A stretch of DNA of 64,000 nt from Syntrophobacterales bacterium (GTDB taxonomy: Bacteria; Desulfobacterota; Syntrophia; Syntrophales; UBA5619). The position numbers were made by a program, and so were the translations under genes. The notes beneath the pieces are model-generated. The model did no database searches. It was not told the DNA's origin and saw only the letters and a program-made list of their open reading frames with translations. The stretch spans positions 1,175 to 65,174 of the forward strand of contig JAHYJE010000005.1 of assembly GCA_019429105.1 (NCBI GenBank). Reading direction: 5' to 3'. Positions 41,029 through 51,149 of this stretch are shown piece after piece. Positions within the stretch are counted from its first letter, which is position 1. The number at the start of each line of letters is the position of its first letter.

Positions 41029-42100
41029 AGTACTGATGCAGGGAAACAAAATCATCGGCGAAGCCGCCATTCGCGCCGGTTGCAGATTTTACGCCGGCTA
41101 TCCGATAACCCCTCAGAATGAATTGCCTGAGTACATGGCGGAGAACCTCCGCAAGGTTGAAGGCGGCGTTTTCATCCAGTCGGAAAGCGAGATCGCCGCG
41201 ATCCATATGGTAATCGGCGCCAGCGCCGGCGGCGCTCGCTCCCTGACCTCTTCCTCGAGCCCCGGAATATCCCTGAAACAGGAGGGCATCTCGTCGCTTG
41301 CAGCCTGCGAACTGCCCGCGGTCATCGTCAACATGATGAGAGGCGGCCCGGGGCTGGGAAATATCAGCCCCTCCCAGGGGGATTACTTCCAGGCCACCAA
41401 AGGCGGCGGTCATGGCGACTACCGGATGGTTGTCCTCGGCCCCGCGTCCCTGCAGGAGATTGCCGACCTGACAATGGACGCCTTCGACATTGCCGACGAG
41501 TACCGAATCCCCGTCATGATCCTCGCCGACGGCATGCTGGGGCAGATGATGGAGCCGGTTGTCTTTAAAAAACCGAAACCCCGTAACTATCCGGAGAGCC
41601 TTGTAATGAAGGGCGCGGGCGGCGGCAAAAGCAAGATCATCAGAGGCCTGATCCTCGACCCGCTCGATTTGGAAGAACACATCTGGAAACTGCAACGCAA
41701 ATACAGGATGATCACCGAGAGGGAGGCGCGTTCGGAGCTCTACCAGACCGATGACGCAGAGTTGGTCATTGTCGCCTACGGCACCGCCTCCCGGATTGCC
41801 AAAGGCGCCATTAAACGTCTGCGCAAACAGGGACTGCGGGTAGGGCTTTTCCGCCCCATCACCCTTTGGCCGTTCCCCTCCCAGCAGCTTCGGGATCTTG
41901 CAAAAAAAGTTGGTAACTTCATGGTTTTTGAGATGAGCGCCGGGCAAATGCTCGAGGATGTTCTGCTTGCCTTGCAGGGAAAGGCCCGCGTCGGCTTCCA
42001 TGGCCGCCCGGGCGGCGTTGTTCCGACCCCGATTGAACTGGCAAATGTGATTTTGCGCAAATATAATGGCAAAGAGGGGCTGATCGACACAGAGCTGTAG
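41021..42100 (+). CDS. 2-oxoacid:ferredoxin oxidoreductase alpha subunit
   Basis: It has GNKIIGEAAIRAGCRFYAGYPITPQNE, typical of KorA/VorB/PorA. The GTG at 41021 overlaps the delta-subunit stop. The substrate is not determinable from sequence alone. Confidence 0.85.
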   Translation: MNKVLMQGNKIIGEAAIRAGCRFYAGYPITPQNELPEYMAENLRKVEGGVFIQSESEIAAIHMVIGASAGGARSLTSSSSPGISLKQEGISSLAACELPAVIVNMMRGGPGLGNISPSQGDYFQATKGGGHGDYRMVVLGPASLQEIADLTMDAFDIADEYRIPVMILADGMLGQMMEPVVFKKPKPRNYPESLVMKGAGGGKSKIIRGLILDPLDLEEHIWKLQRKYRMITEREARSELYQTDDAELVIVAYGTASRIAKGAIKRLRKQGLRVGLFRPITLWPFPSQQLRDLAKKVGNFMVFEMSAGQMLEDVLLALQGKARVGFHGRPGGVVPTPIELANVILRKYNGKEGLIDTEL

Positions 42101-42138
42101 GTCGCCGGATAAATACAAAAATTGCAGGTCGGTAAACA

Positions 42139-42909
42139 ATGAAAAAAGTTTTTGGAAGACCAAAAAGCATGAAGAGCAACCCCTTTCATTACTGCGCGGG
42201 TTGCGGACACAGTATCGCCCATCGGCTGATTGCCGAGGTCATCGACGAGTTGGGCATTCGCGACCGGACAATCGGTGTTCCTCCCGCCGGCTGCGCCGTT
42301 CTCGCCTACAATTATTTCGATGTTGATATGATCGAGGCCCAGCATGGCCGAGGTCCCGCGACGGCCACCGGCCTGAAGCGGGTGCTGCCTGACCGGATCG
42401 TTTTCTCTTATCAGGGGGATGGCGATCTGGCGGCAATTGGCACGGCGGAAAGCTTTCATGCAGCCAATCGGGGTGAAAACATTACCGTTATCTTTATCAA
42501 TAACGCCGTTTACGGCATGACCGGCGGGCAAATGGCGCCGACCTCCATTCTTGGCCAGAAAACAACCACCTCGCCGGTCGGCAGAAACAACATCCTGGAC
42601 GGATACCCGATAAAAATAAGCGAAATATTTGCTATTCTTCCCGGCACAACCTACATTGAACGCTGTACGGTAACGTCACCGGCCAGCATCGTAAAAACCA
42701 AAAAGGCGATCCGCAAGGCCTTTCAATATCAAATAGACGGCCAGGGGTTTTCGCTTGTCGAAATCCTCTCTCCCTGCCCTACCAACTGGAAGATGAGCCC
42801 GCCAGAGGCGTGCCGCTGGATTGAGCAGACCATGAGCAAGGAGTTCCCGCTGGGCGCGATCAAGGACCTGCCGGCGGAAGAGATGAAAAAACAGCAGAAG
42901 GGAAAGTAG
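42139..42909 (+). CDS. 2-oxoacid:ferredoxin oxidoreductase beta subunit (TPP-binding)
   Basis: It has the HYCAGCGH and GDGDLAAIG...NNAVYGMTGGQ TPP-binding motifs. Confidence 0.85.
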   Translation: MKKVFGRPKSMKSNPFHYCAGCGHSIAHRLIAEVIDELGIRDRTIGVPPAGCAVLAYNYFDVDMIEAQHGRGPATATGLKRVLPDRIVFSYQGDGDLAAIGTAESFHAANRGENITVIFINNAVYGMTGGQMAPTSILGQKTTTSPVGRNNILDGYPIKISEIFAILPGTTYIERCTVTSPASIVKTKKAIRKAFQYQIDGQGFSLVEILSPCPTNWKMSPPEACRWIEQTMSKEFPLGAIKDLPAEEMKKQQKGK

Positions 42910-42913
42910 AGTC

Positions 42914-43450
42914 ATGTTGGTCAAAACCATTTTTTGCGGTTTCGGCGGTCAGGGAGTGCTCATGATGGGATATTCACTGACCTATGGAGGAATGGACGCC
43001 GGCTTCAACGTTACATACCTCCCCTCCTACGGCGCCGAGGTTCGCGGCGGCACGGCCAATTGCACGGTCGTCGTCTCGGATGAAGAGATCGCCTCCCCGA
43101 TCGCCTCCAACCCCGAAAACATTGTCGTCCTGAATACCCCTTCCCTTTACGCCTTTCAGAATCGCGCCGCCTCCGGAGGCTCTATCTTTTTGAATTCGTC
43201 GATCATCGCCGTCGAGCCGTCCCGCCGGGATGTCCGGGTCTATAAGATTCCGACCGCCGAGCTTGCCGACAAGCTGGGAGACAAGCGCATGGCAAACACG
43301 GTAATGATGGGGGCCCTGATGAAGGCAACCGGCCTCGTTCCTCCCGACATCTTTCTGAAAAGCCTCGAAAAGGTTATGGGAAGCAAAAGAAAAGAGGTCG
43401 TCGCGATGAATCGCCGGGCCTTTGAGGTCGGGTACGATTTTTTGCAATAG
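42914..43450 (+). CDS. 2-oxoacid:ferredoxin oxidoreductase gamma subunit
   Basis: It has the GFGGQGVLMMG...YGAEVRGG gamma-subunit pattern. Confidence 0.85.
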   Translation: MLVKTIFCGFGGQGVLMMGYSLTYGGMDAGFNVTYLPSYGAEVRGGTANCTVVVSDEEIASPIASNPENIVVLNTPSLYAFQNRAASGGSIFLNSSIIAVEPSRRDVRVYKIPTAELADKLGDKRMANTVMMGALMKATGLVPPDIFLKSLEKVMGSKRKEVVAMNRRAFEVGYDFLQ

Positions 43451-43495
43451 AGGCAAAGCGGCTTTACAAGCAATAATGGTCAAGGAGCAGCAACG

Positions 43496-43924
43496 ATGGC
43501 AGTGAAACAGATCTCCGTTCTTTTAGACAATATCCCCGGTTCCCTCTCCCGGCTTACCAATATCCTGGACAAATCCGACATAACCCCCAAGGCCATGCTC
43601 GCCGCAAGCACCACGGAAAGCAGCACGGTGCGCCTGGTGGTGAACAACCCCGAACGCGCCGTTGCCATCCTGGAAAGCTTCAATCTCAACTGCGAGCTGA
43701 CCCCTGTTCTGGCCGCCGAGGTGCCCCTCCATCACGGGGGAATGAACGCCATCTTGAAACCGCTCTCCGGCGCCGACATCAACATTCACTACCTTTATAC
43801 CACCATCAACCGGATCGGCACGGAAACGATCGTCATCCTCGGGGTTGACAAGCCCGAAGAGGCGCGGGATGTCTTGCAGCGCAACTGGGTTCACATAGTC
43901 GAGGACGAGATATACAACCTCTGA
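43496..43924 (+). CDS. ACT domain-containing protein (tandem ACT)
   Basis: It has ISVLLDNIPGSLSRLTNIL and a second, similar half. This type is often linked to 2-oxoacid oxidoreductase or aryl-acid CoA ligase genes. Confidence 0.65.
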   Translation: MAVKQISVLLDNIPGSLSRLTNILDKSDITPKAMLAASTTESSTVRLVVNNPERAVAILESFNLNCELTPVLAAEVPLHHGGMNAILKPLSGADINIHYLYTTINRIGTETIVILGVDKPEEARDVLQRNWVHIVEDEIYNL

Positions 43925-43966
43925 ACTTGCCGTTTGGAACCCATAGAAGAAATAAGGGACGCTTTT

Positions 43967-44365
43967 ATGGATAAGTTCGAGGAGTTGCGCGAAAGGATGG
44001 AAAGCCTCGCAGTCACGGAGGAGGAATTTCGCGAAACCTTCGTCCGCTCCTCCGGGCCCGGAGGACAAAAGGTCAATAAGACATCGTCCTGCGTCTATCT
44101 GGTTCATCTGCCGACCGGGCTTTCCGTAAAATGCCAGCAGGAGCGCTCCCAGACCCTGAATCGTCTTTTCGCCCGCCGCCTTCTTCTTGATCGAATCGAA
44201 CGGCTCCGCACCGGCCTTGTCGCCGCCCGGAAGATGAAAACTGAAAAAATCCGCCGTCAGAAACGCCGCCGCTCGCGCCGGGCTCAGGAAAAGATGCTCA
44301 CGGAAAAACATATCATATCGAAAAAGAAGGAACTGCGGGCGGGAATCAGGCCGGATACTGAATAA
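43967..44365 (+). CDS. class I release-factor GGQ domain protein (ArfB/YaeJ-like peptidyl-tRNA hydrolase)
   Basis: It has the [28 protein letters not shown] motif and a strongly basic C-terminal tail ([16 protein letters not shown]). Confidence 0.7.
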   Translation: MDKFEELRERMESLAVTEEEFRETFVRSSGPGGQKVNKTSSCVYLVHLPTGLSVKCQQERSQTLNRLFARRLLLDRIERLRTGLVAARKMKTEKIRRQKRRRSRRAQEKMLTEKHIISKKKELRAGIRPDTE

Positions 44366-44368
44366 AAA

Positions 44369-44407
44369 AAGGGGCGGGAGCCTTGCGAGCTTGTTTCCCG
44401 ACCCCTT
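44369..44407. terminator. intrinsic terminator between the convergent arfB-like and atpE genes
   Basis: AAGGGGCGGGA pairs with TCCCGACCCCTT (one bulge). On the minus strand (atpE direction) the hairpin is followed by T7. Confidence 0.65.
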
Positions 44408-44428
44408 ATTTCCTATGAAAACATGCTG

Positions 44429-44815
44429 TTACAAGCCAAGCAGCTTAACCAGCGGGTTTGCGTAAATCAATACCAAAGCGATAACAAGCGTATAAATCGC
44501 GAGGGACTCGATCATGGCCAAACCAACCATCATCGTGATCAAAACCTTGCCCTGCGCCTCGGGGTTGCGGCCAACGGCATTGGCGGCAGCGGCCAAACCA
44601 TTTCCCATGCCAAGGGCGGTGGTTATCGTTCCGATAGCCATTGTCATGCCGGCAACCACTATGCTCGCCACAACTACAAGAGCCTTTGAGCTGTCGGCAG
44701 CGCCACCTGCGGCGGCCGCCACGGCGGGAGCGGCTGTCTCGGCAGCCGCCGCAAAGGCGGCGTAACCCATAACCATAAATGTTGTCAACGAACTAATTTT
44801 AAAAACTTTTTTCAT
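44429..44815 (-). CDS. atpE: F0F1 ATP synthase subunit c with an N-terminal signal-peptide-like extension
   Basis: The core GRNPEAQGKVLITMMVGLAMIESLAIYTLVIALVLIYANP is a typical c-subunit hairpin. It is preceded by about 45 extra residues, MKKVFKISSLTTFMVMGYAAFAAAAETAAPAVAAAAGG. Confidence 0.85.
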   Translation of the reverse strand: MKKVFKISSLTTFMVMGYAAFAAAAETAAPAVAAAAGGAADSSKALVVVASIVVAGMTMAIGTITTALGMGNGLAAAANAVGRNPEAQGKVLITMMVGLAMIESLAIYTLVIALVLIYANPLVKLLGL

Positions 44816-44931
44816 CTCATTCTCCTTTTTATGTTATTTTTTAAAAACTGCAAATCTTCAATCAGCCGTGCGTCCCTCCCTCCCCTTCTTGATTGCCTCC
44901 GCAGTTCTGCGGCAAATTACCGGCAAACTCC

Positions 44932-45088
44932 GGAGGTAATTGCAAAACCATTTGTCATTCCCGAAAGCGGAGCTTAATGTACACAATGCTTCTATCGGGA
45001 ATACGGTTTTTCAAACAGTTAGAACCAGATTCCCGCTTAAAATCATTGCGGGAATGACAGAATGTGAGAGTTTTGCAATTGCCTCTCC
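44932..45088. mobile_element. MITE-like non-coding element bounded by imperfect terminal inverted repeats of about 34-40 nt
   Basis: The left end at 44932-44965 is GGAGGTAATTGCAAAACCATTTGTCATTCCCGAA. The reverse complement of 45049-45088 is GGAGAGGCAATTGCAAAACTCTCACATTCTGTCATTCCCG. An internal hairpin ATTCCCGC-N11-GCGGGAAT lies at 45029-45055. There is no coding capacity. Confidence 0.55.
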
Positions 45089-45237
45089 GGTAATGAATTT
45101 TTTCCCAAATGTAATATCTCGGTCGTTTCCTATAGGCATGACGATTTGTTGTCAAGAAATATTTGACATAAACCCCTCGTTTTATGGTATGCAGACGGTC
45201 GATACGTTGCAAAAATACAACTTGGAGCATTTTAAAC

Positions 45238-46509
45238 ATGGGAAATAGCGATCTTTTTTCGAGAGCCGGGAAGGTCATCCCCGGGGGTGTCAACAGCCCG
45301 GTGCGCGCCTTCCGGGCCGTAGGCGGAACGCCGCTTTTCATCCGGGAAGCCTCCGGAGCAACGATCCGGGACACGGAAGGCAACAGCTATCTCGATTACG
45401 TCTGTTCCTGGGGGCCAATGATCCTGGGCCATGCCGAAGCCGGGGTTGTCGCCGCCATTCAGGCTGCTGCCGGCAGAGGCACAAGTTTCGGCGCCCCGAC
45501 CGAACTGGAGATAGAAATGGCGGAAAGGATCGTCGCCGCTTTTCCCTCTATCGAGGCCGTCCGGATGGTAAGCTCCGGAACCGAGGCAACAATGACCGCG
45601 ATCCGCCTGGCGCGCGGCTGGACAGGAAGAGACAAAATCGTCAAATTTACCGGCTGCTATCACGGACATGCCGACTCCCTGCTGGTAAAGGCCGGCTCCG
45701 GGGTGGCGACGCTCGGCATTCCGGGCAGTCCCGGGATCCCGAAAGCCCTCGCAGGGCTCACGCTCAGCCTGCCCTATAACGATCTTGAGGCCGTCCGCAA
45801 AACCTTCGCGAAATTCGGCGGGGAGATTGCCTGCATCATTGTCGAACCGGTTGCCGCCAACATGGGCGTTGTGATGCCCAAACCCGGCTTCCTGGAGGGA
45901 CTGCGGGAAATAACAAGTGCCAACGGCAGCCTGCTTATTTTTGACGAGGTCATAACCGGATTCCGCGTCGCCTTTGGCGGCTGGCAGACCTTGACCGGGA
46001 TTCGTCCGGATTTGACCTGCCTCGGCAAAATAATCGGCGGTGGTCTGCCCGTCGGGGCGATGGGGGGAAAAAGGGAGATTATGGAGCATCTTGCCCCGGT
46101 CGGGCCGGTTTATCAGGCGGGAACCCTTTCGGGAAATCCGCTCGCAATGAGCGCCGGCATCAAGACGCTCGATATCCTCCGGGGAAAAGACTATGCCGCG
46201 CTCGAGAAAAAAACCGCGAAGCTGGGCAACGCCTTTAGCGAGCTCTTTCAAACAAACAAAATACCGGTACAAATCAATCAGACAGGCTCTCTCTTCACGA
46301 TCTTTTTCACCAAAGAAACGGTGGTTGATTACGAAAGCGCCCTGAAAAGCGACACCGCCCTCTTCGGCAAATTTTTTCATGGCATGTTGGCGGCGGGTAT
46401 CAACCTCGCCCCCGCCCAGTTTGAGGCGGGTTTTGTCTCCTTCGCCCATACAGACGACGATATCGACCGAACAATCGCCGCTTGCGCAAAGACAATTAAA
46501 ACACTGTAG
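45238..46509 (+). CDS. hemL: glutamate-1-semialdehyde 2,1-aminomutase
   Basis: It has IPGGVNSPVRAF near the N-terminus, the FDEVITGFRV motif, and GKIIGGGLPVGAMGG (PLP Lys). Confidence 0.95.
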   Translation: MGNSDLFSRAGKVIPGGVNSPVRAFRAVGGTPLFIREASGATIRDTEGNSYLDYVCSWGPMILGHAEAGVVAAIQAAAGRGTSFGAPTELEIEMAERIVAAFPSIEAVRMVSSGTEATMTAIRLARGWTGRDKIVKFTGCYHGHADSLLVKAGSGVATLGIPGSPGIPKALAGLTLSLPYNDLEAVRKTFAKFGGEIACIIVEPVAANMGVVMPKPGFLEGLREITSANGSLLIFDEVITGFRVAFGGWQTLTGIRPDLTCLGKIIGGGLPVGAMGGKREIMEHLAPVGPVYQAGTLSGNPLAMSAGIKTLDILRGKDYAALEKKTAKLGNAFSELFQTNKIPVQINQTGSLFTIFFTKETVVDYESALKSDTALFGKFFHGMLAAGINLAPAQFEAGFVSFAHTDDDIDRTIAACAKTIKTL

Positions 46510-46655
46510 TCTCCGGTCAATGATACCCTGTAATTTCGAAGGAGCCTTCATTCGAGCAGGGGCGGGCTTAAAAACCGCTCCCACGATTTATTGATTGAAA
46601 CAGCAGTAGAAGCGGACGTTGCGTTCGCCCGATTGGTTGAGCATTCTGGAGGTAT

Positions 46656-47663
<1,008 letters not shown>

Positions 47664-47714
47664 CTGCTTTCCTCTATTTGCAGGAGGAAATATTACAAAA
47701 GGAAGGAATAAACG

Positions 47715-48743
47715 ATGAAAAAGGCACTTATCACCGGGATAACCGGACAAGACGGCTCCTACTTGGCCGAGTTGCTGCTTTGCAAGGGCTACGAGGTTCA
47801 TGGACTGATCCGCCGGGCGAGCACCTTTAACACGGGGCGGATCGACCACCTCTACCGCGATGCCCACGACCCTCAGGCAAGATTGTTTCTCCACTACGGC
47901 GATCTGTCCGTCTCCGGCCAGCTTACTGACCTTCTGCACGATATCCAGCCTGACGAGATTTACAACCTCGGCGCACAAAGCCACGTCCGCGTCAGCTTCG
48001 ACATGCCCGAATACACCGGCGACATAACCGGCTTGGGGACACTGCGACTTCTGGAGGCCATCAGAAAAACTTGTATAAAAACAAGATTTTATCAGGCATC
48101 GTCCAGCGAAATGTTCGGCGCTGCGCCCCCTCCCCAGAGCGAGTTGACCCCCTTTCAGCCGCAGAGCCCCTACGCTGCGGCCAAGGTTTACTCCTATTAC
48201 ATTGTTCGCAATTACCGGGACGCCTACAAAATTTTTGCCAGCAACGGCATCCTCTTCAATCACGAATCCCCGCGCCGCGGCGAAACCTTCGTCACCAGGA
48301 AGATCACCATCGCGGCGGCAAGGATCAAGCTGGGGCTCCAGGAAAAACTCTTTCTCGGCAATCTTGAGGCAAAGCGCGACTGGGGATTCGCCGGCGATTA
48401 TGTCGAGGCGATGTGGCTGATGATGCAGCAGGATAACCCCGACGACTACGTTATCGCGACCGGAGAAACCCATTCCGTGCGGGAATTTGCAGAAAAGGTC
48501 TTCGCCAGGCTGGGGCTCGACTATCAAAAGTATGTCTCCATCGACCCCCGTTATTTCCGTCCCACAGAGGTGGATGTCCTGCTGGGGGAGCCGGGCAAGG
48601 CGGTCAAGGCGCTGGGGTGGAAGCCGAAGGTCGGCTTTGAGGCGCTGATAGACCTCATGGTTGCTGCCGACATGGAGGCCGCCCAACGGGAAAAGACGCT
48701 TGTTAGCGCCGGCTACTCCTGCAGCAATCATGGAGCTGTCTGA
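47715..48743 (+). CDS. gmd: GDP-mannose 4,6-dehydratase
   Basis: It has [26 protein letters not shown] and [20 protein letters not shown]. Confidence 0.95.
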   Translation: MKKALITGITGQDGSYLAELLLCKGYEVHGLIRRASTFNTGRIDHLYRDAHDPQARLFLHYGDLSVSGQLTDLLHDIQPDEIYNLGAQSHVRVSFDMPEYTGDITGLGTLRLLEAIRKTCIKTRFYQASSSEMFGAAPPPQSELTPFQPQSPYAAAKVYSYYIVRNYRDAYKIFASNGILFNHESPRRGETFVTRKITIAAARIKLGLQEKLFLGNLEAKRDWGFAGDYVEAMWLMMQQDNPDDYVIATGETHSVREFAEKVFARLGLDYQKYVSIDPRYFRPTEVDVLLGEPGKAVKALGWKPKVGFEALIDLMVAADMEAAQREKTLVSAGYSCSNHGAV

Positions 48744-48817
48744 ATGTTCAGGCAGATAGGCTGTAGGGAAAGGCTGAAGCCGAAAACCGAAGAATTGCAA
48801 ACAGGAGACAAAAGAAC

Positions 48818-49762
48818 ATGCACGAAAAGAGAATAACGGTAACCGGCGCCAACGGCTTCCTTGGAAAGCACCTGGTCCGCCTCTTGACCGAGCGGGGCTA
48901 TCTGCACATTCAGCAGGCCAATCGCCCCCAGTACGACCTGATTAGAAGCGAAGACATAATCAGGCTTTATGAGGAACAAAAACCGGACATCGTCGTCCAT
49001 CTGGCCGCAAAGGTCGGCGGCATCGGCTACAACCTCGAAAACCCCGGTTCGCTGTTTTATGAAAACATCATGATGGGGGTGCCGCTGCTCCATCAGGGCT
49101 TCCTCCACAAGATAGAAAAATTCGTCGCGCTCGGCACGATCTGCGCCTACCCGAAGTTCACCCCGGTTCCCTTCCGGGAAGACGATATCTGGAATGGCTA
49201 TCCGGAAGAGACCAATGCCCCCTACGGGCTCGCCAAGAAGATGCTTCTCGTCCAGGCTGAGGCCTACCGCCGGCAGTACGGCTTCAACGCCATTTTCCTG
49301 CTCCCGGTAAATCTGTACGGCCCCGGAGACAACTTCGATCCGCGCTCCTCGCACGTCATCCCCGCCCTGATCAAAAAATGTGTGGACGCCATTGCCGACG
49401 GCGCCGACGAGATCGTCGTCTGGGGTTCAGGCAAGGCGACCCGGGAATTCTTTTACGTGGAGGATGCCGCGGAGGCGATCCTGCTTGCCACGGAGCGCTA
49501 CAACAAATCAGACCCGGTCAACATCGGCGCCGGATTTGAGATTTCGATCAAGGATCTGGTCGAATTGATAGTAGAGCTCACCGGCTTTACGGGACGCATC
49601 ATCTGGGACGAATCCAAACCGGACGGCCAGCCCCGCCGCATGCTCGATACGGGCAGAGCCTCCCGGGAATTCGGCTTCCAGGCTAAAACCGGCTTCCGGG
49701 AAGGCCTGACCAGGACCATCGCCTGGTATCGGGAAAGTAGTCAAGCATTGGAAAGGTCTTGA
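48818..49762 (+). CDS. fcl: GDP-L-fucose synthase
   Basis: It has [18 protein letters not shown] and [21 protein letters not shown]. It lies directly downstream of gmd. Confidence 0.9.
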   Translation: MHEKRITVTGANGFLGKHLVRLLTERGYLHIQQANRPQYDLIRSEDIIRLYEEQKPDIVVHLAAKVGGIGYNLENPGSLFYENIMMGVPLLHQGFLHKIEKFVALGTICAYPKFTPVPFREDDIWNGYPEETNAPYGLAKKMLLVQAEAYRRQYGFNAIFLLPVNLYGPGDNFDPRSSHVIPALIKKCVDAIADGADEIVVWGSGKATREFFYVEDAAEAILLATERYNKSDPVNIGAGFEISIKDLVELIVELTGFTGRIIWDESKPDGQPRRMLDTGRASREFGFQAKTGFREGLTRTIAWYRESSQALERS

Positions 49763-49802
49763 GAAGAAACCGTTTCCGGGATAAGCGGCTGCGCCTTTCC
49801 TG

Positions 49803-50129
49803 TTGACTTTAAAAACAGGTTATGTTAGCGGGGCGACGGTGGACAAAGAAACAAAAAGAGCCGCTTTTCGCTTGGCCTATGCCAGCAGCATCGGCATATC
49901 GATGGTCATTTCGATCTTCGGCGCCCTTTATTTCGGGATCTGGCTCGACAAAAAATTCGGAACGGCGCCCTGGCTGACCATGGTTTTTCTCTTGATGGGC
50001 GTAGCCGCCGGCTTCCGGAACATATACGTTATGATCAGACGTTCCTTAAACGACGAAAAGGCGGATGATTCGGCAGGTAAAGGCAAGAGTGGACGCACAA
50101 GGAACAACACCTTTTCCAATAAAGATTGA
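49803..50129 (+). CDS. atpZ: AtpZ/AtpI-family small membrane protein (putative F0F1 ATPase accessory subunit)
   Basis: It has two transmembrane segments with the GISMVISIFGALYFGIWLDKKFGTAPW pattern and lies upstream of atpI-atpB. The start is uncertain (TTG at 49803 or GTG at 49839). Confidence 0.6.
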   Translation: MTLKTGYVSGATVDKETKRAAFRLAYASSIGISMVISIFGALYFGIWLDKKFGTAPWLTMVFLLMGVAAGFRNIYVMIRRSLNDEKADDSAGKGKSGRTRNNTFSNKD

Positions 50130-50481
50130 ACGCGCCGGCTGGCTGCTGCTGCTCCTGCTGATTGCGGGGAGCCTGCCGTTCCGGTCGTATCGCCTTACCC
50201 TGGGCATCGCCCTCGGCGGCATTATCAGCGTCATGAATTTTCGTATGCTTTACGGAAGCTTAAAAAACTTTCTGGTTGCGGACGTCAATCGTATCAAAGG
50301 GGCGGTCGTCCGTCGCTACTACATCCGGATGGTCATAACCGCCATTTTGTTGTTTTTGATTATCTCCGGCAATATCGCCGATGTAATCGGCCTTGTCATC
50401 GGCCTTTCGGTAATTGTTCTGGATATAACCCTGACTGCCGTACTGACCATTTTTCGAAAAAACACTTTTGAGGAGCTTTGA
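50065..50481 (+). CDS. atpI: ATP synthase protein I
   Basis: It is a hydrophobic four-transmembrane protein directly upstream of atpB and overlaps the atpZ 3' end. Confidence 0.6.
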   Translation: MIRQVKARVDAQGTTPFPIKIERAGWLLLLLLIAGSLPFRSYRLTLGIALGGIISVMNFRMLYGSLKNFLVADVNRIKGAVVRRYYIRMVITAILLFLIISGNIADVIGLVIGLSVIVLDITLTAVLTIFRKNTFEEL

Positions 50482-50483
50482 AG

Positions 50484-51149
50484 ATGGAAACATTTCTGTT
50501 TTTCGAGAACCACTGGCTTGAGGAACACCACCTTGTCATTGTCTGCTACACCTGGTTTATCATGGCTATGCTTGCCGTCCTGTCCTGGCTGGCCACACGC
50601 CGTGTGACCATTATCCCCGGAAAACTGCAGAATTTCATGGAGGTGATCATCGAAACGATTGACTCCTTCCTGGTTGACACGATGGGGCCTCAGGGACGCA
50701 GGTTCTTTCCTCTGGTGGCAACGCTCGGCATCTACATCCTCGTTTCCAATCTCATCGGCCTGATCCCCGGTTTTGAGTCTCCGACCTCAAGCGTCAACAC
50801 GAACGCCTCCATGGCGCTTTCGGTATTCGCCATAACCCACATCGTCGGGGTCAGGGTGCATGGCGTAAAATACATAAAACAGTTCATGGGCCCCATCTGG
50901 TGGCTGACGCCGCTGATCATGCCGATCGAGATCATCAGTCACATCGCCCGTCCACTCTCCCTTTCCATTCGTCTTTTCGGCAATATCAAGGGGGAGGACA
51001 TCGTGCTTGCCGTCATTCTCATGCTTACTCCACTTCTGGTGCCGCTGCCGGTTTTTGTGTTGATGATCTTCACCTCTTTCATCCAGACAGTGGTCTTTAT
51101 GATCCTGACCATGATGTACATAGCCGGGGCGATGGAAGAGGCCCACTGA
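50484..51149 (+). CDS. atpB: F0F1 ATP synthase subunit a
   Basis: It has [15 protein letters not shown] (essential Arg) and a C-terminal [21 protein letters not shown]. The ATG at 50484 follows GAGGAG. Confidence 0.9.
   Translation: METFLFFENHWLEEHHLVIVCYTWFIMAMLAVLSWLATRRVTIIPGKLQNFMEVIIETIDSFLVDTMGPQGRRFFPLVATLGIYILVSNLIGLIPGFESPTSSVNTNASMALSVFAITHIVGVRVHGVKYIKQFMGPIWWLTPLIMPIEIISHIARPLSLSIRLFGNIKGEDIVLAVILMLTPLLVPLPVFVLMIFTSFIQTVVFMILTMMYIAGAMEEAH

Noticed and set aside
40988-42163. A 391-aa minus-strand ORF opposite korA. Similar long antisense ORFs occur at 16136-17077, 35556-36470, 43523-44311 and 53307-54434.
   Set aside because: The same codon-complement shadow effect applies. Each overlaps a gene with strong family signatures.
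44429-44815. Na+ versus H+ specificity of the c subunit, judged from the ES...Y motif (MIESLAIY)
   Set aside because: Glu-Ser and the downstream Tyr are present, but the helix-1 position that is Gln in Na+-binding c-rings is Asn here, and the Thr position is Leu. The sequence alone does not decide the coupling ion.
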